DNA of 53,400 nt, from the NCBI GenBank assembly GCA_046590315.1, contig JBKJTX010000190.1:1-53400 (forward strand), read 5' to 3'. This stretch comes from Ramlibacter sp. Its GTDB lineage: Bacteria; Pseudomonadota; Gammaproteobacteria; Burkholderiales; Burkholderiaceae_C. The stretch's first letter is position 1. Each line of letters begins with the position of its first letter. Both the position numbers and the translations under genes were made by a program. Below are positions 1 to 9,370 of the stretch, piece after piece. Below the pieces are notes generated by a model, which was given only the letters and a program-made list of their open reading frames with translations, was not told where the DNA came from and did not search any database.

Positions 1-3000
1 TCGATGCCGACGTACAGAATGTCGGGAAGCTGGCGGTCGAAGTGGAGGGCAGACACGTTTTTGTTGGTCAGCCCGTCATTCAACGCAGTCCAGCTGGCGC
101 CGCTGTCGATCGAACGATAGACCCCGCCGTGGCCTCCCGCATAGACCTCGCCAGGGCGTGTCGGATGGCTGACCACCGTGAGCAGGCTGAGGTCGGTGAT
201 GCCATTGTTGGCCGATAACCAGGTTGCGCCGGCGTTGCGACTGATCAGCACTCCCTGGCCGCCGGTCGCGATGTACAGGGTGTTGGAATTGCCGGTGTCG
301 AAGGCGATGTCGGTGACGACCTGGGGAATCTGGTCCGGTGGCTGTCCGGTGGTAAACGCCAGGCCCCCGTTGTCGCTCCACACGACGCCCGCGCCCAGGG
401 TGCCGGCGTAGATGCGGTCGCGGGCGGCGGCAAAGGAGACCACGTCGACCCCGGCAGCGCCGCCGGTGGCTGTGCCCCAGTTGGTGCCGCCGTCACTGCT
501 GATGAAGATGCCGCGGCCAGTGACGCCGGCCAGCAGCACGGCCGGCCGCGACGGGTCGGCCCAGAGCGCCGTGATTCTGGCAACGGGCAAACCTCTACTC
601 GCCGCGCTCCAGGTCGATGCGCCGGCAGCGCGGCGGTAGATCCCTCTGCCCGTGGCCGCATACAAAGTCGCATCAACGCCTTGGATCAAGTGCGTGATGT
701 CGCCCTTGGGCAAACCGGCGTCGTCCGGTGTCCAGCTCTGCCCGGCGTTGACCGAGCGGTAAACGGTGCCGTCCCGGATGGCGGCCCACATCACGAATGG
801 AGTGCTAACGCTCGGCAGCACGGCGCTGACGATAGTGCCGACCAGCCCTGTGTTGGCCGGCACCCAGGTGGCACCGAAGTTGATACTCATGAACAGGCCG
901 TTGCCGTTGCTGGCGGCATAGAGAAATCCAGTGCGCGGATCGCACGCCAGGCTGTTGATGCGGGCTGCGCCGAGACCGGCATTGCCCGGGTTGGACCAGG
1001 TTGCCGGGTTGGAGAAGTTCGTGCGCCAAACACCTGCAGACTCTGCGGCGGCGTAGAGCGAGCCGTCCGGGCAACGCGCCATCGCAAGCAAGTCCACGGC
1101 CGGCAGTCCTTGACCCACAAAGCGCCAGCGCGCACCGCTGGCATCGGGGTTCCAGACCTGGCCCCTCCCGCTGCCGACCAGCATGAACTTGGGGTCCAGC
1201 GGGTCGGCCACCATTGAATAGGCGTATGAGGCACGCTGCCCGAGCATGGCCCAGTTGTTCCCGTCGTCAGAGGTAATGGCGATGCCGTCGGTGGTCGCGG
1301 CCAGCACGGTTCTTGCTGCGGGGCTGCGCACGCGCAACACGCTGGCGTTGGCAATGCCAATGTTGCTCCAGTTCGCCGCCGCATCGGTGCTACGGAAAAC
1401 GCCGCCGCCCACCGTGCCCGCGTACAAGGTGTTCACGTTGGTCGGGTCCGACGTGATCGAGCGCACGAACAGACTCATGCCATTGTTGAGTGGCTGCCAG
1501 CTGGCGCCGCCGTCGATGGACAGTTGAACACCGTTTTGCTGTGTACCGACCAGCAGCCGTGCGGCATCAGCCGGATCAACGCTCAGGGCGAGGGCGCCGC
1601 TAATCATGTCCGTGGCGTTGCGCCGGGTCCAAGTAGCGCCGCTGTCAGTGCTTGCGTAGAGGCCCGAGCCGTAGACGATGGCGTACAGTCGAGTCGGGTC
1701 GGAACGGTGCGCAGCCAGTTGGGTGACAAGGCCGCCGGCGGGCAGGCCGGTCGCCCCCACTTGCCAGCTGCTCCCGCCGTTCGCGCTGCGAAAGACCCGG
1801 CCGACGCTTCCCGCCCAGACGCGGCTCGGGTCGACTGGGTCGACCCACAACGAGGTGATGTACAGATTGTCTATGCCTGTGTTGATCGGCACGCCATCAA
1901 GGCCGCCGGAATCGGTGCGGCAGATGCCGCCGCCGCGAGTGGCGACATACACGATCCAGGGCCGGTCATAACGCGGCGCTACCGCCGTGACCGGCGCGCT
2001 GCAGCCGGTCTTGGCGGGAAACCAGGACTGGCCGTTGTCGACCGTGACATACAGCTTGCCGCTACCGGTGACGGCGTAGACGCCGACCCACGGTGCATGG
2101 ACGAGTTGCACAATGTCTTCGTTCGGCAAGCCGCTGCTCGCTGCCGCAAACGTTACCCCGGCGTCGATGCTCCGGAAGACTTGGCCTGAACCGGTACCCA
2201 GGTAGATGATGGGCGGACGCATCGGATCGGCAGCAATGGTGTGCACGAATGAGATCTGTGCCAGCCGGACCTGTTGCCACGCCTTGCCGCCGTCGGTGCT
2301 GCGGAACGCCCCGCCGGCCGAGGCTACGAGCAGCGTGGGCTTGGCTTCGACCGTGAAGCTGAGGGACGAGACGCGGGCCGGCACGATGCCATTGCTGGCC
2401 CGTGACCAGCTACTGCCCTGATCGTCGCTCTTCCAGACGCCGCTGGTCTCCATCCCTGCATAGGCCGCAGTACCGGCGGCATGGATCTCGAAGACGCCTT
2501 CACGCAGCTTGAGCTGGTTCTGCCAGCCTTGGGGATCGAGGGTCATCACGCCCAAGTCCGTACCCGCGATGAGACGGCGCTGGCCGCTGGAGATCATCGT
2601 GGTCATACCGCCTACGAAGGCGGTCTGGATGCCGTAGTCGCTGCGCGCCCAGGTGGAGCCGAAGTCCGTTGACACCCGCAGGCTGCCAATTTCGCCGGCC
2701 ACGTGCAGGATGAGACCGCGGCTATCGGCCGCCACGAGGCGCGCGCCTTCGGTCGTGCGCTGGTACCAGGTCGGCGTGGTCTTCCAGTTCGCGATGATGT
2801 GCATCCCCACGCCATTCGTGGCGAGCAGCACGTTCGGGACGGTGGGGTGCGGCAGCACCGAGGACACCGGCGTGCGGTCTAGGTTGAAGCTAAGGTCCAG
2901 CCAGGCATTGCCGCCGGCCGGCCACTGGTAGACGCCGGTGTCAGTGCCCGCATAGAGGTTGCCGGCAGCGTCAAACGCCAGGCTCGATGCGGTGAGCAGC

Positions 3001-3740
3001 GTCACGCCGCCAGTCACCGGGCTCCAGTTGGCGCCGCTGTCCGTGGAGCGGTACACGCCGGCGCCGACGGTGCCAACATAGACGGTGCCGGGCACGCGGG
3101 CATCGAAGGCAATGGAGCGGCCGGAGCGCCCTGCCAGGCCGCCCACCAGAGTCCAGCTCAGGCCTCCGTCATTGCTGAGGTAGGACCCGTCCGGGGTGGC
3201 AACCAGCACGCGCGCCGATGACGCCGGGTCGACCGCAACTGCGGAGACAGTGCGGCCCAGCAGCGCGGCGCCGCTTCGAACCCAGCTGTTACCACCATCG
3301 TCGGAGCGCCACAGCCCGTCATTGAACAGGCCGGCATACACCCTGGTCGGCACACGGGGGTCGAAGGTGAGCGCAAAGACGGCGCCGTGCGAGAAATCGC
3401 TGGCAACCGGCTTCCACGTGTAGCCCCAGTCGGTGCTGCGGAAGAGGCCACCGAAGTATGTGCCCGCGAGCACGACCGGGTCGTTGCCCGGCTGGTGCGC
3501 CAACGTGAGAACGGTTCCGTAGTCGGGACCGATGGCCTGCCACACTGACGCGACCGTGGCTGCAGTGCCGCCCAGATTCAACGTGCGGGCAACTCGGCTC
3601 GCCTGTGGATCAAGTGTCGGAGTCGTCCTGCCAAAGGCGGAATCATCCCCGCCGCCGCAGCTCACCAGCATCACGCCAAGCACGGCCATGAGCAACCATA
3701 GAAGAGGCCTTCCAACGCGCGTGAGCCGTAAGTGCTTCAT
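1..3740 (-). CDS. Very large Asp-box/BNR-repeat (multi beta-propeller, VPS10/YCF48-like) lipoprotein; 3' end runs off the window
   Basis: Translated by hand; absent from the ORF track because there is no stop in the window. ATG at 3740 with GGAG upstream; N-terminus MKHLRLTRVGRPLLWLLMAVLGVMLVSCGGGDD (lipobox LVSC). About 20 S/T-x-D/N-x-G-x-S/T/N-W repeats, e.g. FRSTDWGYTW, WRSDDGGNSW, LSIDGGASW, YRSIDSGASW. Frame is consistent at 3416, 1499 and 92. Confidence 0.85.
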   Translation of the reverse strand, partial: MKHLRLTRVGRPLLWLLMAVLGVMLVSCGGGDDSAFGRTTPTLDPQASRVARTLNLGGTAATVASVWQAIGPDYGTVLTLAHQPGNDPVVLAGTYFGGLFRSTDWGYTWKPVASDFSHGAVFALTFDPRVPTRVYAGLFNDGLWRSDDGGNSWVRSGAALLGRTVSAVAVDPASSARVLVATPDGSYLSNDGGLSWTLVGGLAGRSGRSIAFDARVPGTVYVGTVGAGVYRSTDSGANWSPVTGGVTLLTASSLAFDAAGNLYAGTDTGVYQWPAGGNAWLDLSFNLDRTPVSSVLPHPTVPNVLLATNGVGMHIIANWKTTPTWYQRTTEGARLVAADSRGLILHVAGEIGSLRVSTDFGSTWARSDYGIQTAFVGGMTTMISSGQRRLIAGTDLGVMTLDPQGWQNQLKLREGVFEIHAAGTAAYAGMETSGVWKSDDQGSSWSRASNGIVPARVSSLSFTVEAKPTLLVASAGGAFRSTDGGKAWQQVRLAQISFVHTIAADPMRPPIIYLGTGSGQVFRSIDAGVTFAAASSGLPNEDIVQLVHAPWVGVYAVTGSGKLYVTVDNGQSWFPAKTGCSAPVTAVAPRYDRPWIVYVATRGGGICRTDSGGLDGVPINTGIDNLYITSLWVDPVDPSRVWAGSVGRVFRSANGGSSWQVGATGLPAGGLVTQLAAHRSDPTRLYAIVYGSGLYASTDSGATWTRRNATDMISGALALSVDPADAARLLVGTQQNGVQLSIDGGASWQPLNNGMSLFVRSITSDPTNVNTLYAGTVGGGVFRSTDAAANWSNIGIANASVLRVRSPAARTVLAATTDGIAITSDDGNNWAMLGQRASYAYSMVADPLDPKFMLVGSGRGQVWNPDASGARWRFVGQGLPAVDLLAMARCPDGSLYAAAESAGVWRTNFSNPATWSNPGNAGLGAARINSLACDPRTGFLYAASNGNGLFMSINFGATWVPANTGLVGTIVSAVLPSVSTPFVMWAAIRDGTVYRSVNAGQSWTPDDAGLPKGDITHLIQGVDATLYAATGRGIYRRAAGASTWSAASRGLPVARITALWADPSRPAVLLAGVTGRGIFISSDGGTNWGTATGGAAGVDVVSFAAARDRIYAGTLGAGVVWSDNGGLAFTTGQPPDQIPQVVTDIAFDTGNSNTLYIATGGQGVLISRNAGATWLSANNGITDLSLLTVVSHPTRPGEVYAGGHGGVYRSIDSGASWTALNDGLTNKNVSALHFDRQLPDILYVGI

Positions 3741-3773
3741 GTCGTCTCCGTCATCGATGCCGTAAAAATTTCA

Positions 3774-5288
3774 TCATGGCCGGCGCTTCAGGATAAGCGA
3801 CCCCAGGTACAGCTCGTGGTCCGTGCCCGGTAGGTCACGCTCGTCGCGGATCGTCTGGTTGAGGTATTCGAGAAACAGTGCGAGGAAGAGGCCTGCGAGC
3901 AAGCCGAATGGCAGCGCGAGCGCAACGGTGAGAAGCTTCTTCGGACCTACCGGCTCGATAGGCCTCTCGGCCGCGGACATAACGGCGATGTTGGAGACGC
4001 GTCGCAGGTCCAGCGCCTCAGACACGCGGGCGTCCTCACGCCGCTTGGCATAAGACTGGTAGTTCTGAGCGAGCACGGCGCGGTCACGCTCGATCACTTC
4101 GAGGGCCACCTCACCCGAGTTGAGCTGCGACAGTCGCTGCTCGATCGACTGGGCCTGGTTGCGACGATCGCCGAGCTGCGCAGTGATCGCTTGGCGCAGC
4201 GTTGTTTCGATCCGTCCAATCTCGCGGTCGATGCGCTGCACCGGTTCGCTGCCGTCGGTGAAACGCTGCAGTTGTTCGACGCGGCGCAGCCGAAGCTCGG
4301 TCAGCTTGGCACGCAATTGCTCCAGGTTGGGGTACGAACTCAGTGCTTCGACGGGGCCGGGCGGCACCAGTGGGCTCACCGGGTCCGACGAGGCGCTCGC
4401 CAGCCTCGTCGGCACAGAGCCAACCGTCGTCGCCTTCCTGTCCGGCATCAGCAGCTGCAACTCGCGCTGATCGTTAGCGGTCTGCGCGTAAAACGTCTGC
4501 AGCCGCGTCATGAGAAGGCTTCGCTCCTCGCTGATCGCGGAGATATTGCGGGTGTTGCGTAATCGCTGTTTGGTCTCATCTAAACCTTGAAGCTTGGTGC
4601 GAAGCGCCTCGAGCTGCTCGTCGAAGAAGCTGCTCATTCCACGCTCCCTCCTCACGTCCACACGCCGGTCGAGGTACGTCATCACGATCGAGTCGACAAC
4701 TTTCATGGCCAAGTCGGGGGATGGCAGCCGGATGGCCACGGTGATGACGTCAGAGTCCTTCTCGCGCTCGACCCGCAGGGTATTTGTCAGCAGCAGCAAG
4801 ACTTCCTCGCGCTCGGTGAGCCGCGGCCGCAGGTTCAGTGCGATGAGGGCTTCCTTGACTTGCGCGCGTGCCCACTTGACCACTTGGCGGACCTGATGCT
4901 TGACGCGTTGGAGCCAGCTCACTGGCGGCGGCGCCTCGAGTTTGAACGCGTCCAACCCGAGGCGGTCGACCACCGTTTCGAGCAGGGGGCGCGACGAGAT
5001 CAGCTGAATCTCCGTGTTGATTTCCTCGCGTCGCACGCCGGTCGACAAGAGGCCGCCTTTCTCCACCGTGACCGGCAGCTCGACGTTCTCGCGCCCCAGC
5101 TTCACCAGCAGGCGAGCACTGGATTCGTACTGGTCCGAAACAAACTGGAACGCCCCGTAGGTGGTGGCCAGCGTGCCGATAGCGACGAGCGCGATCAGCC
5201 AGCGGTGAAAGCCAAGAGCACGAGCCAGGTCGGAAAGCAGCGACGTCTCGCCGGGTGGTAGATCGGCGTGTGCAGTGGAAAGGGTCAT
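3774..5288 (-). CDS. Polysaccharide co-polymerase / chain-length determinant (Wzz/GumC family)
   Basis: Start refined to ATG 5288 (ATGA overlap with flippase stop). N-terminal TM followed by YESSARLLVK, EINTEIQLISSRPLLETVVDRLGL, long coiled coil, then AERPIEPVGPKK + C-terminal TM + EYLNQTIR. Confidence 0.85.
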   Translation of the reverse strand: MTLSTAHADLPPGETSLLSDLARALGFHRWLIALVAIGTLATTYGAFQFVSDQYESSARLLVKLGRENVELPVTVEKGGLLSTGVRREEINTEIQLISSRPLLETVVDRLGLDAFKLEAPPPVSWLQRVKHQVRQVVKWARAQVKEALIALNLRPRLTEREEVLLLLTNTLRVEREKDSDVITVAIRLPSPDLAMKVVDSIVMTYLDRRVDVRRERGMSSFFDEQLEALRTKLQGLDETKQRLRNTRNISAISEERSLLMTRLQTFYAQTANDQRELQLLMPDRKATTVGSVPTRLASASSDPVSPLVPPGPVEALSSYPNLEQLRAKLTELRLRRVEQLQRFTDGSEPVQRIDREIGRIETTLRQAITAQLGDRRNQAQSIEQRLSQLNSGEVALEVIERDRAVLAQNYQSYAKRREDARVSEALDLRRVSNIAVMSAAERPIEPVGPKKLLTVALALPFGLLAGLFLALFLEYLNQTIRDERDLPGTDHELYLGSLILKRRP

Positions 5289-6550
5289 GTTGATGTCGAT
5301 GTCGCAAGGGCATGGGCGGACTGCTGCTTGGCCCAGCGCCAAGCACAGACCTGCAGCACGGCGGTTTTGATTATCCGCGCGCCGCCGCTGACCCAGGCTG
5401 CCCCAAGGGCACCGTAACCGGTAATCGCTATCTCGAAGGCGAGCAGCAGCAGCGGCAATGTGAGCAGGTCGTACAGGAAGAGAAAGTTCGGCCTCGCGAA
5501 GATGACGTAAGGCACCATCACCGGTAGCGCAAACATCCCGGCCAGACTGCCGGCCATCAGCGGCAACAGGATCTGCCCGGAGTGCGCGTAGCGTTCGGGC
5601 AGCAGGTCGCCCCAAAGGTGCAGGACGACCAAGGTCGCGGCGCCACCGGCCACCACCAGCACGAGCAGCATGGTCTGGACCCACCGCATCAACGCCGTCA
5701 GCGTGCCCCGTTCGGCGGCTTGCATCACCTTCGGGCTGTAGACAATGGCGAGGTACCAGCCGAAGAGCTCGGGAAGCTGCGCGAAGACCTGTGCAGCGGC
5801 GAACAGACCGACCTCCTCAATGGTCGACCAGCGTGTCAGCAGCAGCAGGTCCAGCCGGGCGACAACGGCCGACAACGCGAGGGTGACCGCCATCCAACGC
5901 AGTGTGCGCCACAGCTCACGTCCGTCGGGCCAGCGCAGGGCCTCGCGCCCAAAGCCTCGGGCCATTGACGCCCCCGCCACCACCGCGACCAGGGTGCCGA
6001 CAAGGGCCGCACCGGCGAGCGCCGCCACGGAGGAGCCGAACCAGGTTATGGCGCAGACGATGCCGAGCACGCGCAGCGTTTGCGCCAGCAGTTCCAGCCC
6101 GGCATACGTACCGAAGCGCTCATTGATCTGCAGGTGCAGAAAGGCCGAACGCAGCAGCAACACGCCGCCGGCCGTCGCGAGAACGGCCAGCAGTAAACCT
6201 GGCTGCTGGCGGTGGAACAGGGCCTGCGACAGCACATCCGTGAACGGCAGCAGGGCACAGATGACGACAGCGCTGAGACCGAGCTTCACCAGTAACGCCC
6301 AGCGCTCGATCGCGCGCGATGCCGCGGCATCGCGCACACGGCGCGCTGACGCGAGCTTGACCGCGCTCATGTCAACCGCGCTGCCCACTACGCCATCAAC
6401 CAGCGCTACGAGTGCCAAGCAAATCGCATAGATGCCGAAATCGGCCGGTGGCATCTGTGTGATCAGCAGACCGTTAAGGAGGATGGTTAAAACACCGCCC
6501 AGTCCCTTGGGGATGACCACGAAAGCGGCTTGGAGTAGCGAGCGCCTCAC
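5285..6550 (-). CDS. Wzx-type oligosaccharide flippase (MOP/PST family)
   Basis: 421 aa with about 12 hydrophobic segments; motifs PADFGIYA, RLDLLLL, EEVGLFAAA, YGALGAAW; lies in a polysaccharide locus. Confidence 0.8.
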   Translation of the reverse strand: MRRSLLQAAFVVIPKGLGGVLTILLNGLLITQMPPADFGIYAICLALVALVDGVVGSAVDMSAVKLASARRVRDAAASRAIERWALLVKLGLSAVVICALLPFTDVLSQALFHRQQPGLLLAVLATAGGVLLLRSAFLHLQINERFGTYAGLELLAQTLRVLGIVCAITWFGSSVAALAGAALVGTLVAVVAGASMARGFGREALRWPDGRELWRTLRWMAVTLALSAVVARLDLLLLTRWSTIEEVGLFAAAQVFAQLPELFGWYLAIVYSPKVMQAAERGTLTALMRWVQTMLLVLVVAGGAATLVVLHLWGDLLPERYAHSGQILLPLMAGSLAGMFALPVMVPYVIFARPNFLFLYDLLTLPLLLLAFEIAITGYGALGAAWVSGGARIIKTAVLQVCAWRWAKQQSAHALATSTST

Positions 6551-6621
6551 GCCCGTGCCCTCGGCGTACTGGCCGCGAGGCAGATCGCGTTACAGTGACG
6601 AACGGCCCTGTTCGATCCAAG

Positions 6622-8250
6622 ATGAAACCTACGATGACGCTCCGACCCGCGCTTCTGCTGGCGACCGCCGCCCTGCTGGGCAGCGCCACCATCGCCAAGC
6701 CCTTGTTCGGCTTCACGCCATTCCCATATGACCTCACCGCTGAAGCGGTGCGGCGCACGGCGGAGATCGTGCGGGCCAACTCCACGCTGTACGCGTTGCA
6801 CTTCGATGACGGCGTTCCGTGGGCAGAACTGCTGGACAACAAGCCGCTGCCCGCCCGCGTCCAGAAGGAGTGGGACGACCTGAAGCGTGCCGCGCCGCCA
6901 GACCGACCTGTTTACCTCGGCCTCACGCCGCTGGACAAGGACCGCAAGAGCTTGGCTCGGCAGAAGGGCGACAAGGACGGTGCATCGCTGCCGTGGAGCC
7001 TGAAGTTGGCCGCGCTGGACGATGACAAAGTCAAGGCGGCGTACCTGGAGTACGCGCGCCGGGCCGTGCGCCAGTTCGAGCCAACCTATCTGAACATCGG
7101 AATCGAGGCCGGGGAGATGGCCTCGCGCGACCCCAAGCGCTGGGCTCAGTTCGAGGCTTTGTACCGGCACGTCGCGTCGGCGCTGAAGCGGGAGTACCCC
7201 AACGTGAAGCTGGGACTGTCCTTCGGCCTGCAGTCGCTTCGCAAGCCTGAGGTAGCGCGCCGGGCGCGGGCGCTGGTGGACGCATCGGACTATCTGTGCC
7301 TGAGCTTCTACCCTCATGCCTCGCCATTCGGGGAGCGTTTTGGCGAGCCGCCGCTCGGGGCGGGCGAAGCGGCTTGGCGAGAGCCTCTCGACTGGGTGCG
7401 CCGCTATACGAGCAAGCCGATAGCCATCTGCGAAACCGGCTACCTGAGCCAGAGCGCGACTGTCAAGAGCTTTGACCTGACGATGAACGGCGACCCGCAA
7501 CTGCAGGCGGCTTACGTCCGCGAGTTGGCGCAGACCGCCGAGCGCGACAACTACTTGTTTGTCGTGTGGTTCCTGGCGGTGGATTACGACCGGTTGTATG
7601 AACGCATGACCGGAACGCCGGGCAACGATGTCAACTTGCTGTGGCGCAACATTGGTCTTTGGAGCGGTGAACTGAAGCCCAAGCCGGCCTGGGAAGAATG
7701 GAAGCGTGCCGTTGCCGGCCATGTGAGTGCCGAATCGGGCCGCGCGGCCATAGGGAAACTGCCGCCGCCTGTGCCCGCCGAGCCGACTCGCGCTGCGCTT
7801 GTGCCGGGCTTCGAGATCGGCTTCAATGCTCACTCGCAAATGTTCACCGCCGGGCCGCGCGGCGGCGTCGGGCTCGACGGCGTCAACGGCATGCGCTGGG
7901 ATTACGAGTACAAGGGCAGCGACTGGGTATGGATCGTGCGCGAATTGGTCAAGCCGCTGCCGGCAACTACCCGACGTATGAAGCTGCGGGTTCGCAGCGA
8001 CCGGCCCGGTCCCTTGTTTGTGCAACTGGAGGAGGCCGGCGGCGAGACTTTCTTTACGCTGCTCCAGCCGCGCGAGGACTTTGCCGAGGTGACGATCGAT
8101 CTGGCATCGCTGCAGCCTGACCCTGCAAAGCGCCAGGACGGCAAGCTGCAACCGGACAAGGTGATCAAGCTGCTGGTTGCCGACCCCGCAGGCCGCGACA
8201 AGGCCACCGGCCGGCGCACCGTGTGGTTCCAGCGCTGGACCTTCGAGTGA
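6622..8250 (+). CDS. Secreted clan GH-A-like glycoside hydrolase (GH53-like TIM barrel) with C-terminal CBM11/CIA30-like beta-sandwich
   Basis: Signal peptide MKPTMTLRPALLLATAALLGSATIA; putative acid/base region YLNIGIEAG; LSFYP; nucleophile-like KPIAICETGY; Pro-rich linker; C-terminal LRVRSDRPGPLFVQLEE...VTIDLASL. Confidence 0.6.
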   Translation: MKPTMTLRPALLLATAALLGSATIAKPLFGFTPFPYDLTAEAVRRTAEIVRANSTLYALHFDDGVPWAELLDNKPLPARVQKEWDDLKRAAPPDRPVYLGLTPLDKDRKSLARQKGDKDGASLPWSLKLAALDDDKVKAAYLEYARRAVRQFEPTYLNIGIEAGEMASRDPKRWAQFEALYRHVASALKREYPNVKLGLSFGLQSLRKPEVARRARALVDASDYLCLSFYPHASPFGERFGEPPLGAGEAAWREPLDWVRRYTSKPIAICETGYLSQSATVKSFDLTMNGDPQLQAAYVRELAQTAERDNYLFVVWFLAVDYDRLYERMTGTPGNDVNLLWRNIGLWSGELKPKPAWEEWKRAVAGHVSAESGRAAIGKLPPPVPAEPTRAALVPGFEIGFNAHSQMFTAGPRGGVGLDGVNGMRWDYEYKGSDWVWIVRELVKPLPATTRRMKLRVRSDRPGPLFVQLEEAGGETFFTLLQPREDFAEVTIDLASLQPDPAKRQDGKLQPDKVIKLLVADPAGRDKATGRRTVWFQRWTFE

Positions 8251-8254
8251 AGCT

Positions 8255-9370
8255 TCAAGCGAGGGCGTCACGGTACACCTCCCTTGTTTGGGCGGCGGTC
8301 TTGTCCCAGCTGAATCGCTTGGCGTTTCGCAGTCCGCGCTCGATCATTTGGCTGCAAAGGTCCGGATCGCGCCAGAGGGTCAACATGCCCTGGGCTATGT
8401 CTTCCACGCGATAGGGATCGACCAGCAGCGCGGCATCGCCGCACACCTCGGGCATCGACGAGAGATTCGAGCTCAGCACCGGTGTGCCGCAGGCCATCGC
8501 CTCGATCGCGGGAATGCCGAAGCCCTCCCAAAGCGACGGGAACACAAAAATCCGAGCGGCGCTGTACAGCAGCGGCAGGTCGGCGTCAGGCACGTAGCCA
8601 ATCTCGCGCACGCTGTCCTGCAGCTTCAGGCGTGCGATGGTGTCATCGATCCCGCCGCTCATCGGCGAGCGCGCGCCGGCGAGCACCAGCAAAGCGTCGT
8701 CGCCCGTTTCATGACGGAAGTGGTCGAATGCCTCCAGGATGCGCACAATGTTCTTGCGCGACTCGAGCTTGCCCAAGTACAACAGGTAGGGACGATCCAG
8801 GCCGTAACGCTCGGCCATCAGGCGACGTGTCGCAGCCTTGTCCTGTGGCTGGTACTGCGCGCCAACGCCGTTGTAGACCACGTGCATGCGGCTGCGGTCC
8901 AGGCCGAAATGGTCGGCGGTAAATTCCAATGTGCAGCGCGAAACGCAGATGATGCGGACTGCCGACTTCAGCCCCTTCTTCAGCAACGCGTTGAGTCGGA
9001 ACAGGATTTGCGGCGCGTAGAACTCGGGGTGGTTGAAGGTGCTGAAGCAATGGTGCGTAAAGACGTACGGCCGGGTCGAAAAAGGTGGCGGCGTGAACGT
9101 GGCGTGGAGCAGATCGACCCGGTCGGCCAGCAATGCCAGTGGCAGCGACACCGCGGTACCCAGCACGCGCGAGGACGGCCAGAGCACCCGGTGTGTCATG
9201 CGTGGTCCCGCAGGGGGCAGCTTGCCGATGCCGCGGCTGCCAAGGTTATATGTGAGGTAGTGGCTATCTGGGTCGACCCGAAGCAGTGAATCGACGAGGC
9301 AGCGCTCGTACGTCTCCGGGCCGCCGGCCTGGCGGCCTGTCATCACCAGAAAAATGCCGACCTTCAACAT
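8255..9370 (-). CDS. Glycosyltransferase family 4 (mannosyltransferase-like)
   Basis: YLGKLESRKNI and FVFPSLWEGFGIPAIEAMACGTPVLSSN (EX7E motif). Confidence 0.92.
   Translation of the reverse strand: MLKVGIFLVMTGRQAGGPETYERCLVDSLLRVDPDSHYLTYNLGSRGIGKLPPAGPRMTHRVLWPSSRVLGTAVSLPLALLADRVDLLHATFTPPPFSTRPYVFTHHCFSTFNHPEFYAPQILFRLNALLKKGLKSAVRIICVSRCTLEFTADHFGLDRSRMHVVYNGVGAQYQPQDKAATRRLMAERYGLDRPYLLYLGKLESRKNIVRILEAFDHFRHETGDDALLVLAGARSPMSGGIDDTIARLKLQDSVREIGYVPDADLPLLYSAARIFVFPSLWEGFGIPAIEAMACGTPVLSSNLSSMPEVCGDAALLVDPYRVEDIAQGMLTLWRDPDLCSQMIERGLRNAKRFSWDKTAAQTREVYRDALA

Noticed and set aside
76-3765. Many short ORFs on both strands in the ORF track
   Set aside because: They are shadows of the single long minus-strand BNR lipoprotein frame and carry no recognisable motifs.
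6547-8271. 574-aa minus-strand ORF co-oriented with the EPS operon
   Set aside because: It is the antisense shadow of the plus-strand hydrolase, which has a signal peptide and catalytic motifs; the shadow is Arg/His/Gln-rich with no family features.
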